The notes under the pieces were generated by a model. The model ran no database searches and was not told the origin of the DNA. It saw only the letters and a list, made by a program, of their open reading frames with translations. Source: Alteromonadaceae bacterium (GTDB lineage: Bacteria; Pseudomonadota; Gammaproteobacteria; Enterobacterales; Alteromonadaceae). Taken from it: 64,000 nucleotides of DNA. Positions within the stretch are counted from its first letter, which is position 1; every line of letters starts with the position of its first letter. The stretch spans positions 880 through 64,879 of the forward strand of contig JAESPQ010000123.1 in assembly GCA_016765535.1 (NCBI GenBank), read 5' to 3'. The position numbers were made by a program, and so were the translations under genes. Positions 58,925-64,000 of the stretch are shown piece by piece.

Positions 58925-60703
58925 CTACGACATACTAATTAAGGCATCACCAACACTTACTGCGTCGCCTTCTTTAACATGAATTGCGGTAATAGTACCT
59001 GCATTAACGGCGCGAATTTCTGTTTCCATTTTCATCGCCTCCATAATAATAACCACATCCCCCGCATCTACATGTTCGCCCTCTTCAACAACCACGTTAA
59101 AAATATTGCCGGCTAGTGGTGAATTTAAAGTTTCATCAGCGGTAACCGAAGCCGACTGCTTTAACACTTCGCCACCTGAACCTTTACCCGGTGCTATGCT
59201 GTCTAAAGTGCCACCAGCAGCAACTACAACGTCATATACTTTACCATCTACTTTTACAGAATAACTTTCAGGTAAAGTGTTACAAGTAACAGCACTGTTT
59301 GCATTAACATCGTCTTTGCTTGGCACGGGTTCAAAAGCATCAGGGTTATTGCGATTTTCTAAGAACTTCAAGCCAATTTGCGGAAACAAGGCATAAGTTA
59401 ATACATCATCAATACTTTCATCGGCAAGGGTTATATTTTTCACTTTTGCCAACGCTTTTAATTCGCCCGTTAACGCATCAACTTCTGGCGATAATAAATC
59501 AGCAGGTCGACACGTTATAACCTCGCCACCATCTAAAACACGCGCTTGTAATTCGGCATTGACCGGAGCTGCAGTTGCGCCGTATTCACCTTTTAACACA
59601 CCCGCAGTCTCTTTGGTGATCGACTTATAACGTTCACCTGTTAAGATATTAAGCACCGCTTGCGTACCAACAATTTGTGACGTTGGCGTAACGAGTGGAA
59701 TATAACCTAAGTCTTCACGCACTTTAGGGATTTCAGTTAACACTTCATCAAGACGATCCGCTGCACCTTGCTCTTTTAACTGATTTTCCATATTAGTTAA
59801 CATGCCACCCGGCACTTGTGCGAGTAAAATACGCGCATCAATACCCCGTAAACTTCCTTCAAATTTGGCATATTTTTCACGTACATTTCTAAAATAAGCT
59901 GCGACTTCAGCTAATTTTTCTAAATCTAAGCCGGTATCGCGCGCAGTACCTTCAACCATGGCAACCACCGTTTCTGTCGGTGAATGCCCATAAGTCATAC
60001 TCATTGACGAAATTGAGGTATCAATCACATCAATATCAGCGTCTATAGCTTTCATGTGTGTAGCAATACTTAAACCAGTAGTGGCGTGGCAATGTAAAGA
60101 GAGTGGTAAAGCAACGGTTTCTTTTAAACGACCAATTAATTCAGCAGCATCATAGGGTTTTAATAACCCTGACATATCTTTAATACAAAGAGAATGGGCT
60201 CCCATGTCTTCAATTTGTTTTGCCATGGTCAACCAGCCTTGTAAAGTATGAACAGGGCTTTCGGTATAACTTAATGTACCTTGCGCATGTGCGCCTACTT
60301 TAACCGCGGCTTTAATTGAAGTTTGTAAATTACGAACGTCATTCATTGCATCGAAAATACGAAAAACATCAATACCATTAACATGAGCGCGTTCAACAAA
60401 TTTTTCGACCACATCATCGGCATAATGACGATAACCTAAAATATTTTGTCCGCGAAAAAGCATTTGCTGCTTAGTATTGGGCATCGCTTTTTTCAATGCG
60501 CGTAAACGTTCCCACGGATCTTCGCCTAAATAACGAATACACGAGTCAAAGGTAGCTCCACCCCAAGATTCAATTGACCAATAACCCACTTCATCAAGCA
60601 ATGGTGCAATAGGCAGCATATCTTCTAAACGTAATCGTGTGGCGAGTAGCGATTGATGGCCATCTCTTAATACCACTTCGGTGATCCCTAACGGCTTAGT
60701 CAT
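58925..60703 (-). CDS. oadA: oxaloacetate decarboxylase alpha subunit
   Basis: N-terminal carboxyltransferase (VLRDGHQS) and C-terminal biotinyl domain with [10 protein letters not shown]. Confidence 0.95.
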   Translation of the reverse strand: MTKPLGITEVVLRDGHQSLLATRLRLEDMLPIAPLLDEVGYWSIESWGGATFDSCIRYLGEDPWERLRALKKAMPNTKQQMLFRGQNILGYRHYADDVVEKFVERAHVNGIDVFRIFDAMNDVRNLQTSIKAAVKVGAHAQGTLSYTESPVHTLQGWLTMAKQIEDMGAHSLCIKDMSGLLKPYDAAELIGRLKETVALPLSLHCHATTGLSIATHMKAIDADIDVIDTSISSMSMTYGHSPTETVVAMVEGTARDTGLDLEKLAEVAAYFRNVREKYAKFEGSLRGIDARILLAQVPGGMLTNMENQLKEQGAADRLDEVLTEIPKVREDLGYIPLVTPTSQIVGTQAVLNILTGERYKSITKETAGVLKGEYGATAAPVNAELQARVLDGGEVITCRPADLLSPEVDALTGELKALAKVKNITLADESIDDVLTYALFPQIGLKFLENRNNPDAFEPVPSKDDVNANSAVTCNTLPESYSVKVDGKVYDVVVAAGGTLDSIAPGKGSGGEVLKQSASVTADETLNSPLAGNIFNVVVEEGEHVDAGDVVIIMEAMKMETEIRAVNAGTITAIHVKEGDAVSVGDALISMS

Positions 60704-60714
60704 TGGTTTTTCTC

Positions 60715-61005
60715 CTATTGCTTGGCTTTTAGATGAGTTTTATTAATTGATAAATTAGTGTGCTGTTGACGATATTGCGTTACCGCACCAGTAATAGCAG
60801 CAACAATAGCAGGTGAAACGCCATTACTAAGTGTGGATTTACTTACGAACTTTTTTACTTTAGTTTGCACTACAGGGTCAGGAAATTTTTTCGCTAGCGG
60901 GGCTAACACAAAATTAATAATAAAAATTAATAACCCTAAGAAGGCATAAACAAACACCATGCCAACAAACAATAAAGTACCCGCTTCAATAAATAACTGG
61001 TTCAT
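60715..61005 (-). CDS. oadG: oxaloacetate decarboxylase gamma subunit
   Basis: [26 protein letters not shown] single TM. The ATG at 61003-61005 has an AAGGTGGA RBS. The track start at 61035 is probably too long. Confidence 0.8.
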   Translation of the reverse strand: MNQLFIEAGTLLFVGMVFVYAFLGLLIFIINFVLAPLAKKFPDPVVQTKVKKFVSKSTLSNGVSPAIVAAITGAVTQYRQQHTNLSINKTHLKAKQ

Positions 61006-61540
61006 ATTTTCCACCTTAGTCAAACTATCGTACAAAATTTAACAATTAGAATAATCACTCCAATTGTTAAAAACAAATTTAATTTACCTGTTTCAGAAAA
61101 ATAATTATTCGTCAATAGATAAAAACACCATTATTGGGTTTTTATCTACTTTTTTATTATAAATATTCACTAATTATTGAATGATATATTTTGTATACAA
61201 TAAATTCTCTTATTTAAAAGGGGTCTTAATAATATTGCATGCAAAATACATTATTTATTATTGATAGATAAAATGAATAATGAACATTAATAAGAGTGAT
61301 GATTATCGAGTAATACTGTTTTTATTTAGTATAAAAATAACAACAAAACCACTTTTAGTTAGGATAAAAGTGACTGGATAGATGAATAATCGAAGATTAA
61401 TAAGGAACAAACCAGGTACAATATTTAAATAAACTTTTAATTTATAGTTCAACAAAGTCTATGGTGAATAATTCGTTATAAATACTCGATGAGGCTAATA
61501 CACTATTAATAGTGCCTGACCTACCTTACCAGAGCGAGAT

Positions 61541-61590
61541 TTACACTCGCTAGAATTAACGACCTTGCTCGGCCGCACACCCCTTTTATT
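61541..61590. repeat. GC-rich ~50 bp dispersed repeat, copy 1
   Basis: TTACACTCGCTAGAATTAACGACCTTGCTCGGCCGCACACCCCTTTTATT. Near-identical direct copy at 61981-62030. A partial tail copy (CACCGACCCCTTTTATTC) lies at 61957-61974. Confidence 0.8.
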
Positions 61591-61854
61591 CTGACCATGC
61601 TGTGATTATTTTCCATTTGAGAGGGTGTCTTTGATTTTTTCCTCTTAAATTCAAGTGCGAGGCTTTATATTCACAGATGATAATTAAGATATGAAACATA
61701 TTATATAGACAGCCATACTTATTTTTAACTAAATTACCATGCTTAACATCATGACTCAATTGATAAAAAATGGGCAACTGCATTAACGGTGTTCAAGTAA
61801 GAAAAACTCACCAAAAAGTTCAAACGTAGTAAGGAAAAAATAATTAGCGGCTAA

Positions 61855-61896
61855 CAAAAAAGCCAAGGCAGCTACTAAGTTAACTGCTTTGGCTTT
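61855..61896 (-). terminator. rho-independent terminator (minus strand)
   Basis: AAAGCCAAGGCAG...CTGCTTTGGCTTT, a 13 bp stem with one G-U pair. The preceding A-run on the plus strand gives a T-run on the minus strand. Confidence 0.65.
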
Positions 61897-61980
61897 GTGC
61901 ATTTTTTATTTAATAAAAGAGTAAATAAAAACCAAATGAGATTTATTCTCAAGTGTCACCGACCCCTTTTATTCTTTTAC

Positions 61981-62030
61981 TTTCACTCGCTAGAATTATC
62001 GACCTTGCTCGGCCGCACACCCCTTTTATT
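61981..62030. repeat. GC-rich ~50 bp dispersed repeat, copy 2
   Basis: TTTCACTCGCTAGAATTATCGACCTTGCTCGGCCGCACACCCCTTTTATT. Confidence 0.8.
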
Positions 62031-62173
62031 TAATTTTTAAATTTTCGTTTTATTTTTCATTCACTCAAGCTTGGAAATCCCACAATAACTTGATAAATCA
62101 AACATTTCTTTTAACAAAGCTGTCTGACCAGTATATGTAACTATATTATTTATTGTATGAATAGTTAAGCTAG

Positions 62174-62554
62174 CTATATTTTCAACAATAAGGTAGAGCA
62201 TTTTTGAACATACTCAGAATGTTCAACTTCAATGGAGCTATAATTCGACGTTTCAGAAATTAATTCATTTGCTTGAATTGAGTTTAATAAATAAATTGAA
62301 ATCGCTCCTCCTAAAAATGGTCCTTTTATGTTATTCCTAGCTACCCAATCCTCACTCAGGCTGATAATAATAGTAACATGGTCAGTTTGATCTCCATTCA
62401 TACTCATTTCACTATCTAAAGGAATATAAAAGGGAATACCATCGATGATAAATTTATATTTTGTATTTTCACTAGGTATTACACCGCTTAATTCTGCGGC
62501 AATTGTAACATTGAAAAAAAACACAATAAGAAAAATAATGTTTTCATTAATCAT
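62174..62554 (-). CDS. putative immunity protein for the adjacent Rhs toxin tip
   Basis: 126 aa with N-terminal signal/TM segment, starting 16 nt downstream of the toxin-tip stop. Assigned by position only. Confidence 0.45.
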   Translation of the reverse strand: MINENIIFLIVFFFNVTIAAELSGVIPSENTKYKFIIDGIPFYIPLDSEMSMNGDQTDHVTIIISLSEDWVARNNIKGPFLGGAISIYLLNSIQANELISETSNYSSIEVEHSEYVQKCSTLLLKI

Positions 62555-62569
62555 ACCTCCATAATAATT

Positions 62570-63253
62570 TTATTTTTTGTTAATATAGCTATAATCAAAA
62601 TTTGCTACCTCAAGCGCTAATGAAACATAACCTACCGATTTAAAAGGAATTGATAGAAAAACGCCGCCTATAGCCACTGTACCTTTCAATAAAAGCGCTC
62701 CTGCTTGAGCTTGAATTCTGGTTCTGTTTTTACTCGTGTATATAATTTGAACCATATTTCTCATGGTTCCTATTCTAAGTGTTGAAAAAGCTTTTGTAGA
62801 ATGCTCAAAAGCTTGCAACTCTTGTCGATTCATTAACGGAATAATTTCCATAATGTCATTATAATTTTTCAACAAGCTTAACGCCTCACTAATTTGATCT
62901 AAAGCAGCGTCAATTTTTAAAACTTTTTTTCCTGTGGAATATCCTTTAACCCCTTTCTTATACTTATTATACCAACTATTAATTTTAGCCTGCCTAGATG
63001 ATTTACTACTGACACCACTTCCGCCTGAAGGACAGTCTAAATCACCTCTACAAGTAAAACCCTTGGCTTTTGGAACCATACCAAAGGGATCTACATACTT
63101 ATACGGATTATTATTCGCATAAACGTACCGGTTAAAACTATGAATATCTCTGAACCCAATCGGATCATTACTATAAAACCGCCCGATCTCTGGATCATAA
63201 TATCGTGCGTTTACTGACCCTGACGCACACTTTTGCTCACAAAAGTATTTTCC
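62570..63253 (-). pseudogene. orphan, 5'-truncated Rhs/YD-repeat core end plus C-terminal toxin tip
   Basis: The frame is open from 63253 and reads ...ARYYDPEIGRFYSNDPIGFRDIHSFNRYVYANNNPYKYVDPFGMVPKAKG... This is the Rhs core terminus with the PxxxxDPxG boundary, followed by a ~165 aa unrecognised tip. No upstream ATG or Rhs body. The track ORF 62570-63079 starts at an internal Met. Confidence 0.75.
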
Positions 63254-63449
63254 CTAACCACTTCAATCATTTAAAGAACAATTTCCTAACGGATCATTAC
63301 ACTATCAATTTTTTGCCCTAGATGCACTTTTTCTGGTGTGATTTTTATCGCTAGAAGTCGTTAATTTATCTGGAGAGGTAAAATATTTTGAAAAGAAAAT
63401 ATGACACTCAAATATTAACAGCAAGCAGTTAATATTTGAGCATCGAGGA

Positions 63450-63758
63450 TTAGTAAGCGAGTACTTCTAAGCCTTTATTAGCGACTAAATTTAATAATTT
63501 AAGTGATGTGCCTTTGGGCGATTTACCACCTTGCTCCCACGACCTAACAGTCGATGGACTGGTATTTAAGTAAGCGGCAAAGACACTTTGACTCACATGA
63601 GCATTTTCACGAATAGCTTTGATATGCGCAGCATCATAACGCTCAACTTCAGGTAAGCATAAAACATCAAATTCTCTCATGGTTTTAACGTCCATGACTC
63701 CTGCATCGGTTAAGCCTTTGGCCGTGCCGTGCATGACATCTAAAATACTATTACTCAT
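63450..63758 (-). CDS. HTH-type antitoxin (XRE-like C-terminal HTH)
   Basis: ...IRENAHVSQSVFAAYLNTSPSTVRSWEQGGKSPKG. Overlaps the upstream toxin gene by 8 nt. Confidence 0.75.
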   Translation of the reverse strand: MSNSILDVMHGTAKGLTDAGVMDVKTMREFDVLCLPEVERYDAAHIKAIRENAHVSQSVFAAYLNTSPSTVRSWEQGGKSPKGTSLKLLNLVANKGLEVLAY

Positions 63759-64000
63759 GATTTTTTACCTCTATTAATTCACTGACTTCAATGGCTTGTT
63801 TAAGCTGTTTATCTGAATAGCTCAATAAATCTTTCGCCATTAATTTCAGTGCTTTTAACTCTTTTTTATCGATATTATCTTTTTGGTTTTTCGCAAAACC
63901 GAACATGAAAAAGGATTTATCATCCACCTTAAAGGCAATAATAGTACGCAGTCCTCCGCGTTTGCCTTGCCCTTGAATGGCGGCACGTTTCTTATAAACA
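63751..64000 (-). CDS. RelE/ParE-superfamily toxin, N-terminus beyond the window edge
   Basis: Not in the track (edge). Reverse translation gives ...GKRGGLRTIIAFKVDDKSFFMFGFAKNQKDNIDKKELKALKLMAKDLLSYSDKQLKQAIEVSELIEVKNHE*. Confidence 0.7.
   Translation of the reverse strand, partial: VYKKRAAIQGQGKRGGLRTIIAFKVDDKSFFMFGFAKNQKDNIDKKELKALKLMAKDLLSYSDKQLKQAIEVSELIEVKNHE

Noticed and set aside
61586-61783. 65 aa minus-strand ORF between the two GC-rich repeats.
   Set aside because: No RBS or motif. It abuts repeat copy 1 and is likely a chance ORF or a gene remnant.

Overview
AT-rich (about 38% GC by eye) gammaproteobacterial chromosome segment. Gene content and order look like a marine Alteromonadales-type organism, but this taxon guess is inference only. 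Most of the window is conserved housekeeping sequence. It includes the full cytochrome c maturation cluster (ccmABCDE divergent from ccmFGHI), hemH, and the alaS-lysC-csrA-tRNA-Ser-tRNA-Arg block. It also includes bolA/yajG/ampG neighbours, guaBA, xseA, der-bamB-yfgM-hisS, tmcA, pdxH and oadGAB. Two accessory regions stand out. (1) An ~8.7 kb integrative element (39288-48036) is inserted in the anticodon loop of a tRNA-Leu(CAA) gene. The two host halves are still recognisable and complementary, and the element carries its own complete tRNA-Leu(CAA). It encodes a tyrosine integrase translationally coupled to an AbiH-like abortive-infection gene. It also has a retron-type reverse transcriptase overlapping an XRE-HTH gene, preceded by a small hydrophobic-tail ORF and a ~250 nt hairpin-rich leader (candidate RT-associated ncRNA). 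Other element genes are a catalytic-domain-only tyrosine recombinase, a HUH/YagK-YfjJ-like Rep candidate with adjacent iterons, and a coupled orf-Cys-rich-RadC trio. The RT module is the best candidate for an undescribed defence system. (2) The right end (61.0-64.0 kb) holds a 5'-truncated orphan Rhs C-terminal toxin tip with a putative immunity gene, GC-rich ~50 bp dispersed repeats and a RelE/ParE-HTH toxin-antitoxin pair. Smaller oddities are two 81 bp tandem copies of the ccmB 3' end, decayed tRNA-Arg copies, a duplicated csrA 3' end, a 157 bp MITE with an 8 bp target duplication, a (GTAA)13 microsatellite and two REP-like repeat families. All functional calls come from reading motifs in the translated ORFs. 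No database search was possible.
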